In this document: one piece after another, positions 1-14,278 of the stretch | Numbering within the stretch: position 1 is the stretch's first letter | Layout: every line of letters begins with the position of its first letter | Source of the DNA: Octopus vulgaris | Lineage: Eukaryota | NCBI GenBank assembly: GCA_951406725.2 | Contig: OX597831.1 | Span: 10,478,001-10,542,000 of the forward strand | DNA length: 64,000 nucleotides | Direction of reading: 5' to 3' | Translations under genes and position numbers: made by a program | The notes under the pieces: model-generated | The model's input: the letters and a program-made list of their open reading frames with translations, nothing else | Databases searched by the model: none | What the model was told of the DNA's origin: nothing

Positions 1-1
1 G

Positions 2-245
2 AATATATTCCTCTTTGGTGATTTTAATATTCACCATGGTGAGTGGCTTATGGTTTCTCATAGCAGCAGTGCATCTGACATTGAAGTGTGTAATTTTACA
101 CTCTCTCAAGCGCTCACACAAGCTATTGACTTTCCTAATCGCTTTCCTGATCGCGATGACCAATCATCATCAAGTTATTCTATTATATTCTATTAATGAC
201 GGGGTGCCACGACAAGTTGTCCTGGATCGAACTCTCTTCTTTTTA
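2..245 (+). mobile_element. CR1/L2-type LINE remnant: APE endonuclease fragment joined to an RT motif
   Basis: Frame 2 reads NIFLFGDFNIHHGEWL...LSQALTQAIDFPNRFPD, matching the GDFNxHH and LxQxVxFPTR APE motifs. It then reads DQSSSSYSI / NDGVPRQVVLDRTLF, resembling the RT motif S-I-N-A-G-V-P-Q-G-S-V-L-G-P-T-L-F. Confidence 0.75.
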
Positions 246-507
246 TCTCCTCGTTTATATATATAATTACGTTTTTATTATTTTTTTGGCAATTTACTTA
301 ATCATTCATATTTTATTGTTATTTTAATTTTAATATTTCTATTATATGTAATTTAATCGTTCATATTGAATTGATAAAAGGAGTTTTTTTCCAATTATTT
401 ATATATATATTTTATTGTGTAAAATTTGATTTAGTATTTCTAAATTGAATTTTTTTGCGCTGTAAGTTTGGATTTATATTCCCTCAAATAATTATTATAT
501 ATATGTG

Positions 508-572
<65 letters not shown>

Positions 573-576
<4 letters not shown>

Positions 577-1292
577 TTATAAATGAGGGTGAAAAATTTG
601 ATTTTAATTTAATAATACCATCAATTTAACACCAAGTGGCTTAGCACATAAAAACCAGGGAGACCATACACATTTATACATAAATATAAGAGAGTGACCA
701 CTATGTGGTGAACTCTAGTGCTAAAAATACTGGTATAGCCATTAAAAGTTGTTTCCAAGAAGAAATAACGTTACATTTAACGTAAGGAAAGTGAAATATA
801 ACGAAAAAATAGATTAACACTGAACAATTGTTTCATTATTAGTGTAATATGCAATTTTACTTACACAACATCTATAAATCATCGGCAGAGGTTTCTCTTA
901 AATACAATTTATTAGACCTTCACGAGCGTCAAATATACATGTGGTGTAATCGATTGTATTCGTAGTTATGATTCAAATTCCCCCGCCAAAAACATGATAA
1001 AACTCACTGGAAGCGAATACCACACGTGTATTTGACGCTCATGAAGGTTTAATAAATTGTATTTAAGACAAACCTCTGCCGATGATTTATAGATGTTGTG
1101 TAGGTAAAATTGCATATTACATTAATAATGAAACAATTGTTCAGGGTTAATCTAGTTTTTCGTTATATTTCACTTTCCTTACGTTAAATGTAATGTTATT
1201 TATTCTAGGAAACAACTTTTAGTGGCTATACCAGTAACGGAGCTATTTTTAGCACTAGAGTTAACCACATAGTGGTCACTCTCTTCTATTTA

Positions 1293-1296
<4 letters not shown>
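573..1296. mobile_element. (TA)n-bracketed asymmetric fold-back element, Penelope pseudo-LTR-like
   Basis: Arm ~677-945 is the reverse complement of ~1019-1296 (e.g. agagagtgaccactatgtggtgaactctagtgctaaaaata vs tatttttagcactagagttaaccacatagtggtcactctct). Spacer is ~75 bp; (TA)n lies on both sides. Confidence 0.85.
1071..1148 (+). ncRNA. Hammerhead-like ribozyme motif with extended stem II (mirror copy at 816-893, minus strand)
   Basis: aacc(t)ctg-CCGATGA-[~45 nt hairpin]-GAAAC-aatt-GTT-cagggtt. Stem I is aacc.ctg/cagggtt; stem III is the palindrome acaattgt. Confidence 0.55.
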
Positions 1297-1342
<46 letters not shown>

Positions 1343-1469
1343 CATATCTATTTGGAATAATACACATATATACCATTATGCCTATAAAATGGATGTATGA
1401 ACTCAATACCCATACATATCTTACATATATTTTCTTTCCTCCACCTCACTCTCTATTTATATCATATCG

Positions 1470-1525
1470 AAATGTGATGAAGGGATATTATTATTAATTA
1501 ATATCCTAGAAACAGCTGTAAGACC
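1470..1525 (+). ncRNA. Hammerhead-like motif in a short element ending at (TA)n
   Basis: GTGATGA-a-gggatatta/taatatcct (stem II)-a-GAAAC-agct-GTA. (TA)n begins ~70 nt downstream. Stem I is degraded. Confidence 0.6.
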
Positions 1526-2347
1526 TTCTATCATAAATGCTCTAATATCTATACAGCCTTGGTTTTTTTCATCGCATTACGCAAGATTTCATATATATAT
1601 ATATATATATATTTATTTATTTATATAAAGAAAGCATTTTAATATTCTGGCTAGTGATAAAACTATCTTGAAAAATGTTATCCTTATATTAGAAGTAAAT
1701 CTATATATATATATATCTATATATTTGTCACTTCATGCATTCAGGAAATCATGCATTCAAGGTTACACACATTTTTTATTTAGGAGGAATTATGCAAAAG
1801 GATACGGAAAAGTAATCCAAAATTTGAGATAGACTAAGAATATTGTTGTTTTATCATACACGCTTATCATCTATATCGGAAGAATTTATTCTCTTCTCCA
1901 TTTGGGATTTAGTACCTTTTGTGTGCGGCTAACGATGATTTCATTCGGCTAATGGGAACGTGAGATTTGAAAACTATCCAGAATGAAAGTACGATTTCTA
2001 CTACAGGCCAACATGGCCGTTTGAGTAATTGAGAAAACATGAGACGTAAAATAACAGTGGAGAGCATAACCGGGAAGATAAATAAATAGAGAAAAACACA
2101 CCAATGCGCACCACCGATAAACACACGCACGCACACCGGTATAAACATATTGATAACTAAACAAACAAATATATCTGTGAGTGTCTCTATGTGCAGAGGC
2201 GCACGACTCTGTCCATGCATTCTATATATATATGTAGTTGTATGAATGTGTGTCTTTGCAATATGTGCATTTATATATACATATATCTGTATGTATATGT
2301 GTGAGTGCATATATATCTATATATATATATATGAATGCAGCTGTATA

Positions 2348-2384
<37 letters not shown>

Positions 2385-4266
2385 TGCAGTAATAATTCAT
2401 ATATTATGTATATATGTATATGTATGTATAAATGTATGTATACGTGTATGTTTGTATATATAGACACATATTTATATACGTATATATATATACGCATACA
2501 TGCTTAAACGCATTCATACACAAACACACATACATACACATGCATACACACGTATATCTATATACGCTTGTTTAATGCCGTGATGCATATTAGGATTTAT
2601 ATGAAATAAGCTTAATCCACACACTCTCCCCCACCCCCTATCTGCATTTCTCTACAAGAAAATTGATTTTATGTCAAAGCAAATTGAAGAGGGGCAAACA
2701 TTTATTTTCACATCCAGTGTTTCACTAAAATCCAGTTGCACCAAACACTGTAAAGGAAAAATCAGAGATAAATATCACGTTTTTCAAGAGCATGTATCCA
2801 AGATGAATATTCTGGTTAAGCGTGAAAATTGAAGATCCTTCAAGACAATCATTACTCACCTCACACTTGCCTAAAAATTAAGTGATAACGATTTTGCTTA
2901 GATATTCAAATTCATGGACTGCATTCTACACTTGCTTTGATATGTTATTTGTATGCTATGTTCGTGTCATATCCTTTGCGATGGCATAAACCTGATATTA
3001 ACCGGATAATAATCTCAGTCATTTCATTCTTGTAAGCCAGAAAATAAATTAAGCAATCAAGTGTATGAAGTAATTTGAATATAAGATCATTTAAAAATAG
3101 TACATCGGCATCGTTTGAAGATAATTATGTTTCATGTTCTGAGACTTACAGTTTTTAATTAAAAAAAAAAATCTTACTGAATGCAACTTAATCTATTGAA
3201 TAGGTACGGAGCGGGTAGCTAAAAACATTCACATCGGTTAGCAAGTTAGAACGAAAAGCACATAGTATTGATGTTCTGAACGGAGACATTGCATCTATAT
3301 TCTCTATTTGTTGTTGCATGTTTCAAATCCCTGATAACATCTCTAACGCCTTCTTTTGGGACCGACTTTCTTCAAAAGTGTTTGTTATACCGATTTCCAG
3401 AACAAACATACTTACAGAAAAATAGAATCGCATTTAATATTTCCATGGTTATTTATGATCTGTTTTACGTTTTGTATATCACTATTAAATAAGTAACATT
3501 TACTATCATATTTTCCTGATAAATTAGCATATTTATCTCTTTTACCTTGAAGATGTAATCTATATCTCGATCTTGACGAAGTGGAACTGCATGAAATACA
3601 AAACAATAACTACAGAAATCTAGTTGAATGTTGCAACGTATATTTCGTATCGAATATTTAATCAGGAACTGTCTGTCAATTACCTAAGAAACCTCGCCAT
3701 GTACCTACTGAGTTATAGTTTACTAATATACCTTTCATTAAGAGGAAGTCTAGCGAAAATTAGTGTTTTCGAGTTTATATTTGTTTGCTTTTAATGTCTT
3801 GTGTGTCTCTAACATTGAAATATTTAACTTGAGGTCATTCTACTTTCTCTTTCGACATCGCTATTGATTAAACATTTACGGTCGTACTCAATACTAACTT
3901 TATATTTCCGCTACTGGCTCTCACGTTTTTTTATAATATTCTCTAGAAAATTCTAATGGTTGCCACAATACTGATACAACATGTTCATAATGGACAATTG
4001 ATTTATTATGTAAAAATTCCTTTCTATTTTACTTCGTGGCAACTTTCTCAAGTTTGGCGTTATTTGTTTGAAACAGCGACCATCGTAAAATGATTTAATG
4101 CAGCACCGTTTGTCCATTGATGGACGATTTGTTAATGTGATTTGTTTTTATCTTTACAATCAAGCGCTAACTTTTCTTTTGGCTAAATTCCATTTCTTAT
4201 TCTTGTAAAAATGTAGTAACCGGATCAAGTTCCCTCATACACATGCATACTTAGATACATACACGT

Positions 4267-4299
<33 letters not shown>

Positions 4300-4311
4300 G
4301 ATGTCAGTGTA

Positions 4312-4344
<33 letters not shown>

Positions 4345-4401
4345 CTAATATATATATATATGTGTGTGTGTGTTTGTGTCTCCCTCTCTCTCTCTCTATA
4401 C

Positions 4402-4452
<51 letters not shown>

Positions 4453-4929
4453 GTATATTGGAAGCATAATTTATGGTAAAATGTATTTCAATGCCAGGTT
4501 TTTTTTCACTTGACATCATAAATCGTTGAAGAATTATTGATATTAATATAACCGGAAATTCTATATAATTGCAACAATCTGTTAAATTACCAAAAATGAT
4601 GGTTTTTGTTTATTTTATTTACATTTAATATAATAAACATACGGTAAATATCATTTAAGTCCTGTACCATTTACAGAAAATTTTCTCATCTATTAGCGAT
4701 GATGTATTTCTAAAATGTTCTGTGTATATGTTTGGGATATCATTTGTTCACATCACTTTAACTCTTACCACATTATTCTCTGTGTAGGTCTCTATTTTTT
4801 AAGAGATGAATATACTAATAAATTAACTAGTTTCGTTACTTCCATTATTTTCCATCTTAAACACGTTTTTCCTATTGATTTAATTCTGTGTTTTCGAATC
4901 TAGGAAGGAATTACAACCGTATTCCGTGG

Positions 4930-5223
4930 TCTGCTACCACAACAGCTCCTTTATAGGATCCAGTTAGCTCAATACAACATCAGGAGGAACCACGTCCGGT
5001 TTCGGCCCCTACTCCTCTACCGTTTTGACGTGGTGGGGACCTCCCCTTTCGGAGGTGTCTTCAGCTCTGGTGTTGGGTGCATGTCTTCTTTCTTCTGTTC
5101 CCTGGCCTCTTCGATGTATATTCAGCAAGTGTCAGCCGGTGACTGATTGACTTGTCAAATTCTTTTCCTTTAAATACCTGCCTCAGCCTCCAGGAGGCAG
5201 CCCCAGCAAGTTGGCACGTGACA
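4930..5223 (-). mobile_element. Possible LTR with tRNA-iMet-type primer-binding site
   Basis: GC-rich island. The minus strand starts TGTCAC at 5223 and has a TATTTAAA box. TGGTAGCAGA lies at 4939-4930. The expected 3' CA terminus is not seen. Confidence 0.3.
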
Positions 5224-6005
5224 CTGTCTCACCTTAATTGACTAGTGAAAGCGCGTAGTATTATTTGAACTTTTTATTAGTCAACATTTGAATCTGTCCT
5301 GTGAGAGGATCGTAACTATTTTTGATATAAATGTTAACCTGTAGGTAATCAGTCATTACTTGTTTAAGCAACGTATCTATACCAATAAGTTCATATCCAT
5401 CAGACATGCTATCAAGCGATTTGGGGAAAAAAGAAATTTTAATGCTTAAACTACAATATTTCCTCTCTTGTTCATGTAATATAGAGACATTTCAACTAAA
5501 ATTGAGTTTGAGAAACGTATCTTCATTACCCTGATGGATAGTGAGAACGTCCGTCGTTAAATGTTTAAATTCATTGAAAGTTACTAGGCATAGATAACTG
5601 AAATAATTTAAGGGGGTTAACCCTTGGTATTAAGGCAGATCACAGACTAAGGAATATTAACTTATTATTTTTGTTGTATCTTTTCAAAGGCACATTATGT
5701 ACTATAATTTTGTCTATACAAAAAGGGTGGCTAATGATTCCGTGAGGTGTATAGTGCAAAGTCTGTAATACAAACCAGAAGACGCGTTTTATATGAAATA
5801 TCTAAAAAATATATGAAAAAAAAGATTATCAATATAAATGCTTTCGAATTTATAATTAAGTTTAACTTTAACAGCGATTCTGAGAATAATAGATGCGGGA
5901 TGCAACGAAATATTACTTAGGTTAAATAAAAGACTGAATTAGATCAGAGAACTGAATTAGATCTAAGGGCTTTAGTAACAGTGCCACTGTCGCAATGTTG
6001 GCCAT

Positions 6006-6213
6006 GATGTGAGCTGGCAGAAACGTTAGAACGCCGGGCGAAATGCTTAAATGCATTTTGTCTGTCTTCACGTTCTGAGTTCAAATTCCACCTAGGCCGA
6101 CTTTGCCTTTCATCATTTCGGGGTCGATAAATTAAGTACCAGTTGCGTACTTGTGTCGATCTAATCGGTCCCCTCTCCAAAAACTTTGGCCTTGTGCCAT
6201 TGGTAGAAAAGAA
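6006..6213 (+). mobile_element. tRNA-derived SINE family A, near full length
   Basis: Head gagctggcagaaacgttag, B-box-like gagttcaaattcc, central cgactttgcctttcatc..ttcggggtcgataaattaagtaccag. Many homologous copies occur in the window. Confidence 0.85.
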
Positions 6214-8734
6214 GAGAATGTTTGCCATGAGGACTTGCCTATTTCTGTGACTCTAAAAGCTAGCATGCGTTGCTCGTTCTAAGACGATGGGTCCATAATA
6301 GGTGCAGCTAAATTATGAGAGGCATTCCACTTGAAGTTCCTCATGGTGACAGATCAGGATATAGAATTCCATAAGCCATAATGGCCACATGATATCTGTT
6401 TGCTATTTGCAAACATATATGTGTGCTTTAACCAATCATGCGCCCAAGTGGATTAAGTGGGAAAAAATGAAAGCATATCTTACAAGGATTTCTAAACCTT
6501 TACATGAAGAAGTAATTCTCTGTAATAATCATACAACTGTTCGCGAAACGGGTAAATTGCTATTACATGACTGAAAGTGAACATTTAACTTGGAAAGCCG
6601 GATGAAATCATTTCTATTTCCTTTTTTTTCTTCAGAATTTTCTTCCACAGAATTCAGGTTTTGTAAATAAAGTTGTGAATAATCCCAGCTACAACTCTAT
6701 ATTTTCATTTCATTATTCATTTTCTGTATTCCTTAAGCAGATGTTCGAATCAATAAAATTCTATAATTTCTTTTGTCAGGTTTATGAAATATCTTGTTAG
6801 ATATATGTTTTAGCCTTATCGGAGATGAACGTTGTCTTTGTTATTGGTTTTTGTGTACGTCACGTGACAATAATAAAGGAAATGCATCTCGTGATTTTGT
6901 TAGGCATTCACATTACTATTCAACTAACTAAAACGCTCCGTATTTCCGTTTTCAAACATTTCAGTAAATTGCCTAAGATATTGTATTCATCATATTCCAA
7001 ATTTTTTTCAGTATAAAACTAACTTCAAACTATTGTAAAATTGAAATGGATTTCAATAATATGATATGGTAATTCCTGAAATATAATGTGATTCCAGAGT
7101 CATCAAATTTACAAATTTGCACCATCAAACATAGTTGATAAAATCGAATTTCATTCTATATCACAGGAAAGCGTTTTATTTACTGCCGTAAAGCTGCAAT
7201 ACAATATTCATATCAAAGTGCATATATGCGCGCATATACTCAATCGTTAAAGAACACTGGTCGGCGAGTGATTTCATTTTATGTAAAACTAGAATGGTAA
7301 TTAATCTATGAATATTTATGAGAATTGTCACTTTTTTCTTTCATAAATTAACAGATTAGAACAGAATTTTCTTAAACTATCCTTTTATGAGATTTAATCT
7401 TATGTAGTAAAGAACATAATTTGAGGAGAAAATAAACAGCAAATATTTATATTTGAAGAGTTATCTGTGAACAATTATATTTCTGAAGAAAAATAATGTT
7501 CATAAAAGGTTCTCCTACTACTTGCTTTTGGAAATGATATGAAAAATAATAATTATGCAAGAAAACATAAAATAGATTATTTTTTTTATTAAGATGAAAT
7601 GCCATTTAGCCAATAGTTTTATTAAAGCAGCGTTAAATCCATAACACCTCATGTTAAATCTGGAATGTTTGCACCCATACAGAGAATTGGTCTTCTTATA
7701 TTTCTGAATTTCAAAAGGGTTTATTGAGAGGATATGGATAGGTATGCGATGCCTTTTCAAGGAATCGAGTAATTTATTTCGGTATTCATTGAATACATTA
7801 GGAAGTGGATTCTTCGGAAATCGCTATTTACCTAACGCAGAACGTAAAATGTTTCCTCGATAAATAGTTTTAATATAAAGATTTCTGAGTTTGACTTCAA
7901 TATAACACGTGATGGCCAATCATGGACATAACCACGGAACAGTGTATTTTCAGAAATGTGTAACTTAAGATGCATAATTAGTATGTATGTATACAAGTAT
8001 GTTGCAGGCCAAGTCTTCCGAGTTCTTTTACAGGGTTTAGAAAAAATGAAGTACCACTGCAATAGGTGTGTAAATCTGAAAGGCGGATATGTTGAATAAA
8101 ATCGTGATTAACTGATCCTCCTGTGTTTTCTTATAACCAAAGCAAGGATTGTTTCAGCATCCCCCATATCTATGTGCGTGTGTAGCATTGTATGAAGACA
8201 TGTACGTATGTCTGTAAATGTGTGTGTGTGTGTGCATGTGTGTGTGTGTTAGTGTGTGAGTGTTTGTGTGTGTGTGTGTTTTTTTTTTGTGTGTCTACAT
8301 GTGTTCCTCTTTGTGTGCAAGAGTGCAGTGCAACCTGTGCTTGTATAAATATCAGAAACTAAGGTTCCGTAAGGATTAAAAGAGTATAGCTGAAATACAG
8401 TAAGGCATCTGTCACAAAGCCTACCTCTCTGTGTTTCCAGCATTTCAATGAAGACCAACAATATTATATTATTGCTATCATGTTGACGTAGTGCGCCATA
8501 ATATAAACAATATTTTTGGTCTTTTAATGTTTCAGCTAACGAAACGAGATGAAGAATATATTTTGTAATTAACTATTATCTCATTTCTGTATCATCAACG
8601 TTCAGTGAACTGCAAATATGGTAAACAGAGTGATAAATCGGTTGATAGAGATAAAATATATAAAAATTTTCAAAGAATTATATATCCTATAATTTATTAA
8701 GATGTACCTAAGAATGGAAAACACGTTTTCTTAC

Positions 8735-8780
8735 TTATGAAGATGTCACGGTGTCTCGGTCTGCTGCCCAGAGACAAGGT
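8735..8780 (-). CDS. Candidate 46-nt micro-exon (TLSLGSRPRHRDIFI)
   Basis: Minus strand tgtttcag|ACCTTG...TTCATAA|gtaaga. Only the phase-0 frame is open, and it is compatible with the 11766-11791 exon. Confidence 0.5.
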
Positions 8781-9911
8781 CTGAAACACTTAAAACAATA
8801 CAATAGTAGGATATAATAATAAATTGACTTGGTATTTGTTATGCAAATGGGGAACACTAAAACTCTGAAGTGAAGCATCATATTTATTGGTGAATAATTA
8901 ATGAAATTGCTGCTCTTTAACACAAAATCAACGCTCTTTGAAGAAAGCAATGATCAAAGATATTCCAGCGGTAACCATCTTAATTTTAAAGGTTATCGAA
9001 ATTATTTTATCTAATGTTATGGTTCTCAAATTTGTTGATTTTGGAGCGCTTTCAAGATAAAAGGAAACAATCGGAGATGCATTTCAAATGGAAAGTTCAA
9101 CAAAAACAGAATTACCATTTAATATCTAATAAACTATGTTTTATGAATCATACATGTCCATAACAAAATTATGAATAACAGAGTTTTCAAAATTCTGAAG
9201 CGTCACCATTAATTTTATAGAGCCTATTACTATCTTTAAATACACAAGGAGTTTACATATGTTTTTAGGGGGCCAATGCAGCGTTGCTATATTTAAATTC
9301 TTTTAATCAGACATTAGGTGTGCTTTAAGATATCTACAAGGGGGCCTTTATGGAATCGGTTTCCATCGTGGTACAATAACCAATCTTTAGATAGCGAAGA
9401 TAATGTGAAATGATGCGATATAGAATGAGTGGTTTTTTTACTCATAAGAGCCATGAAAATCTCTCGAAGGACACAATTATGGTATGATATATTGCAAGTG
9501 GTAAACAATTACCTCATAGGCTGGAACAAGTACTAACTGGATCATTGCATCTCTGGTTCTGTGTGTGAAAACCAAGTGTCTAAATCACCCTGTGGAACAA
9601 GTAGTCCATGGAGTCTACGGTGTTTCTGGTACTGTCACCGATATTAACAGCCTTTGGGCCTATATTTCAGTAAAATTTATGTAGAGGCGAACACAGGTGT
9701 TCACGCGCATAAAAACACAAACACATGCACACGCGCATAATCACACACACACACACACACACAGGGATAGAGAAGGAGAAAAGACAAGAAGATTAACAGA
9801 AAGATTAAGAGATTTACCGATGTACTGATTGATGTGAATATCTATCTATATATATATATATATATATATCTGTCCCATCTGTGTGCAGCCCTGTGTGGCC
9901 AATAAAGAAAC

Positions 9912-10046
<135 letters not shown>

Positions 10047-10392
10047 TACACAGACACACTCACAAATATATATAGGGGTGTTCTTTTCCTTATAATTATG
10101 TTTGACCCCCCCGCTTGACGACCGCTATTCTTTTTTTTATGTCTACCGACTCCTTTATTTGTCGGTTCGGTTAAAATCAACGGCCGAAATAAGTACCTGA
10201 CTTCGAAAATGCGAAACCAATGAGACCGGGATATCAGGTTAGACCTTCAAGCCTATGTGTCCCAGATTAGGTGCAGTCTAATGACTGGGATAAGCTGAAA
10301 CGAAATTTGTCACAAGTCAACCTTGAAAAGGTTTCATTGCGACTCTTGTTTACATCACGATTAACAATCGAGATAATTCTGTGTACTTTCAG

Positions 10393-10441
10393 GTGTGAAC
10401 AATAAAACGTGTAAGATTAACTTCGCATGAAAATCTTCAGT
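10393..10441 (+). other. Candidate 49-nt exon, possibly UTR or start exon (MKIFS)
   Basis: tactttcag|GTGTGA...TTCAGT|gtgagt. Canonical splice signals are the only support. Confidence 0.25.
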
Positions 10442-11765
10442 GTGAGTCCTGTTATGATTTTATATCTTTCTGTACAAACGTTAAAATTTTGCTGAGTCCT
10501 TCAACTGAAATGTACAATATTTGTTCGCGATTCTAGAATTGATTTCGGTAATGTGGGCCCTACAGAAAACGAATCAATATTTAGTGACCCCACCGAAGAA
10601 ATTGGTCAAACAAAATGCCAATCAAAAACAACAGGCAAAAGAAAGAATAGAACAGTTATCGATTTAGAACATTGAAAGAATGGGTAGTTATAAGTTATGA
10701 AACCTCTTGGAGAAAATCCAGCATTATTAAAATGTGGCGATGAAAACAGGAATTAAGTGTCAAGCAGGAAGATAAATATTTTCTCTTAAGTTCATTAATA
10801 ACCGATGGAATCTCAATAAAAAGCATTCTCCTTTTCTCAAAATTTCATACTTTGGATAATAAAAAGCAAATATTAAAATAATATTTTGTTTTCTTTTGCT
10901 CGGTATCCAAAATCTCTGAGGATATTCTATAAAGCAATCTATCAAATTTATAAAACTGTGGGAAATAACTAGCCAACCGCTATAAAGACATTATTGCAAC
11001 AAAATAAGATTCCTCTCTGTCAAAGGATTTATAAATTAGAATCTTGCACAGTTTTCGTTTGAATTTTATGGCAATATTTTAGAAAAATATATTAGTTTAG
11101 TCTGTCATATAATAACATCTACTTCGCTGTTATTAAAACATTGGATGCGGTGGCTGGTTATGTGTAGATTTTTATGGTGGAGGTTCCAGGGGCGGTTCTG
11201 ATAGAAAAGTGTAGCCGCTCATCAAATATAATGCATGATCTAACTGTAATCAGAATATCGTAAATCGATAATTTTACTCGTAGGATTCTTAGAAAGTATC
11301 TGGAGGAGAAAACTTGAGTGAGTCTATGAAAGTGCATAACACTAGAATTAATTTGATCATCTTTATGAGGATGAAAGGGACTGTTGCCTCTCCAGGGAAA
11401 TGAAATCAGTAATATGATACAATGAAACCGAATTTATCTCGACATGCGCTCTGGTTTGTTTTTAGTAGTGGTAGATGGAGATAACTATTTACATTTGGTG
11501 TTTAGAGAAGCGGTGCGTGTGTTTATTTATATGTCGCATATAAATCATAGAACGTAGCATGAATTTCCTTCGTTGGTTTGGTTGTTGCTGAAACTTGGGT
11601 TAAGACCTTTCGGGTGCTGCTACCATCAGATGGTTTCTAGCAGTAACTACTCACTGGTGTCTGCATGCATACCGTATCCAGGATCAAAGTATCCAATATA
11701 CCCCAAGCGTGTGACGATAGGTCATGATACCGTTGATATTTGATATTTCCGGTTCATTTTCTTAC

Positions 11766-11791
11766 CATGGAAAGGCCTCGGGGTGTTCCCA
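11766..11791 (-). CDS. Candidate 26-nt micro-exon (xGTPRGLSM)
   Basis: Long pyrimidine tract on the minus strand (~11885-11805), then ccccag|TGGGAACACCCCGAGGCCTTTCCATG|gtaaga. Confidence 0.5.
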
Positions 11792-12339
11792 CTGGGGCAT
11801 GTGTAGAAGGAAACAACGATAGAAAGATGAACATAGAGAAATGATAAAAACACAGAAAGAGAGAAAGAAAAACAAAAAGAAAGAATATATATATGATACA
11901 AGAGTGAGGAAGAGATAAGCAGACTGCACGCAGGGTTTGATTAATGTTTTCTGGTTTCTGCTGCACATCTATCAATTGATAATAGAGTTTTATGTTACGC
12001 TCGCTGCCAAAATATTAAGTAAAAATATCTCATATTAAATAAATTGTGATTAACCCTTTACTACATCTTACTTATATTTTGGTGTAAACCGTTATAAGAT
12101 TTAGAATGAAATAAATATTACACGAGTGAAACCAGGAAATATTAAGGAGAGAAAAACGAAATAGTTTGTGCCACGAGGAAATGGTAATTTCTCAATATTA
12201 TTATTGTCAGATATATACCAGTCCTATGTGAACATCAAATCCTAAACTAACAAGCACAATAACAGAACTTTATTACTACGATGCATTTCGTTAATGTTTT
12301 ATTGAAAGATTCTCAGTTTAGTAGATAAGACAAAATGGC

Positions 12340-12545
12340 AATAACAACGTCAGTTGTATGTCAGCATACAACATACATCCATGGGGTTGAATACAGCGGG
12401 CTTCTTTCAGCTACTAAGTCCACTCACAAGGCTTTGGTCAGAAAGAACACATTCGTCCAAGGTGCAACGAAGTGGGAACGAACCCCGACCCTTGAGATTC
12501 GGAAGGAAGCTTTTTACCTACTTTTTTTTTTTAACCACGCCTGCG
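12340..12545 (-). mobile_element. SINE family B, degenerate
   Basis: cgggcttctttcag..ccactcacaaggctttggtc..gtccaaggtg matches the copy at 23946-24448. Confidence 0.7.
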
Positions 12546-13129
12546 CTTGCAGACTAGCATTATTGCGCAAACGCACACATACGTAAAAGAGGCAAACAAG
12601 CACAGAGATACACATACCGAAACTACCCCCCACCATATGTGTGTTTGTATGTATATGTGTATATATGTCTGTCAAAGTATGTCTAGTTATGCATGTGTGT
12701 GTGTGTGTGTGTTTATGATTTCAATTGCAAACACAACTTACTACTGTGTATCATTCTTTCATCAATCCTTCCGACGTTTACACACTGACAGGCGAAAGGA
12801 CTTTCTCAGACGCCTCACGCTTTAATGTCATGTAGCATCATGCATGTGACAGCAAGAAAGAGATTACTGAGTACCAGCAGAGGGCGGTTACTTCTCGTTT
12901 CCGCCGGGTCTACTACAGCAGCTTCTAAATGAAGTGTCATGTTGAAAGATCCACCGGGTCCAACATTAACTCATAACTATTATCCAAAACATAAACTACT
13001 CGCACTAAAACACATACAAAACAGGCACACTTGTTTCTGTGTTCGGAATACTGAGTGTTGGAGGCGGTGAGAATGGATAGACATGTAATTTGTAATTCGC
13101 AACTGAAATATCTATATTAATAGAATTGG

Positions 13130-13310
13130 TTTGGCAACATTGATATGTCAGTCTGCTTTAGTCGCTACACCCTCACAACCCATTATTAACTGGCCTGCTG
13201 CAATGCCAAAATAAAGTGTTTAGCTTAGGAACGCAATGAGCGGCGGCCGGGAAAGGATCTCATATCTTACGATCATGAGGCGAACACTCTAACCGCTGAG
13301 CAATGCACCT
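13130..13310 (-). mobile_element. SINE family C (CORE-like), degenerate
   Basis: Reverse complement ggtgcattgctcagcggttagagtgttcgcctcatgatcgtaag is similar to the head of the 46797 copy. Confidence 0.55.
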
Positions 13311-13820
13311 GGACACAAAACTGAATAATTTATGTAAATTACATAAATTGGTGTAATGAATCACAAATGGCCATGGACAGTTTAATGGGTTATCTTTAAT
13401 GTCTTACAATGAATGGGAATTAAGGTATTATGATATATTGCCATGTATCTTCCGAACGAAAGTAATGAAGAGAGAAAGTGAAGGTATTTATGAAGTGTAA
13501 CTAATTAGTTAAGAAAATATCAATGTTATTAATAAACAATATATATGAGACAAACAACTTGTCTCTTTCCACTAATTAAGTGTATAACTCGTAGTGAATT
13601 AAATAAAATGTAGATTTCAAAGAAGTATTTTATTTGAGACAGAATATTTAAGAGAAACCTGAGGCCGGAATCTAGTTCCACAAGAAATAATCAAACTTTA
13701 TGATTCCAGAATAAATAGATTTAGTGAGAATTATGAAAGAAGAAAACTGAAGAAAGATGTGTTTGAATCTAATACTAGTGACCTTTGGATATAGATGCAG
13801 AAATACTCAATAATTGAACT

Positions 13821-13907
<87 letters not shown>

Positions 13908-13924
13908 CTCTCTCTCTCTCTCTA

Positions 13925-14044
<120 letters not shown>

Positions 14045-14051
14045 GTATATA

Positions 14052-14198
14052 GGTACAGCAATGGGTGTGTGGTAAGTAGCTTGCTTACCAACCGTATTGT
14101 TCCGAGGCATCTTGGGCAAGTGTCGCCTACTATAACCTCAGGCCGACAAAAACCTCGAGAATGGATATATTAGACGGTAACTGAAAGAAGCCTGTCAT
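14052..14198 (+). mobile_element. SINE family B 5' half
   Basis: gtgtgtggtaagtagcttgcttaccaacc...cttgggcaagtgtc...ctgaaagaagcctgtc followed by (TA)n(TG)n. Confidence 0.8.
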
Positions 14199-14220
14199 AT
14201 ATATATATATATATATATAA

Positions 14221-14273
<53 letters not shown>

Positions 14274-14278
14274 CATTT

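Noticed and set aside
3200-3420. RTE-like remnant (GPKRR..RDVIRDLK, minus strand)
   Set aside because: A single weak motif, too degraded to call.
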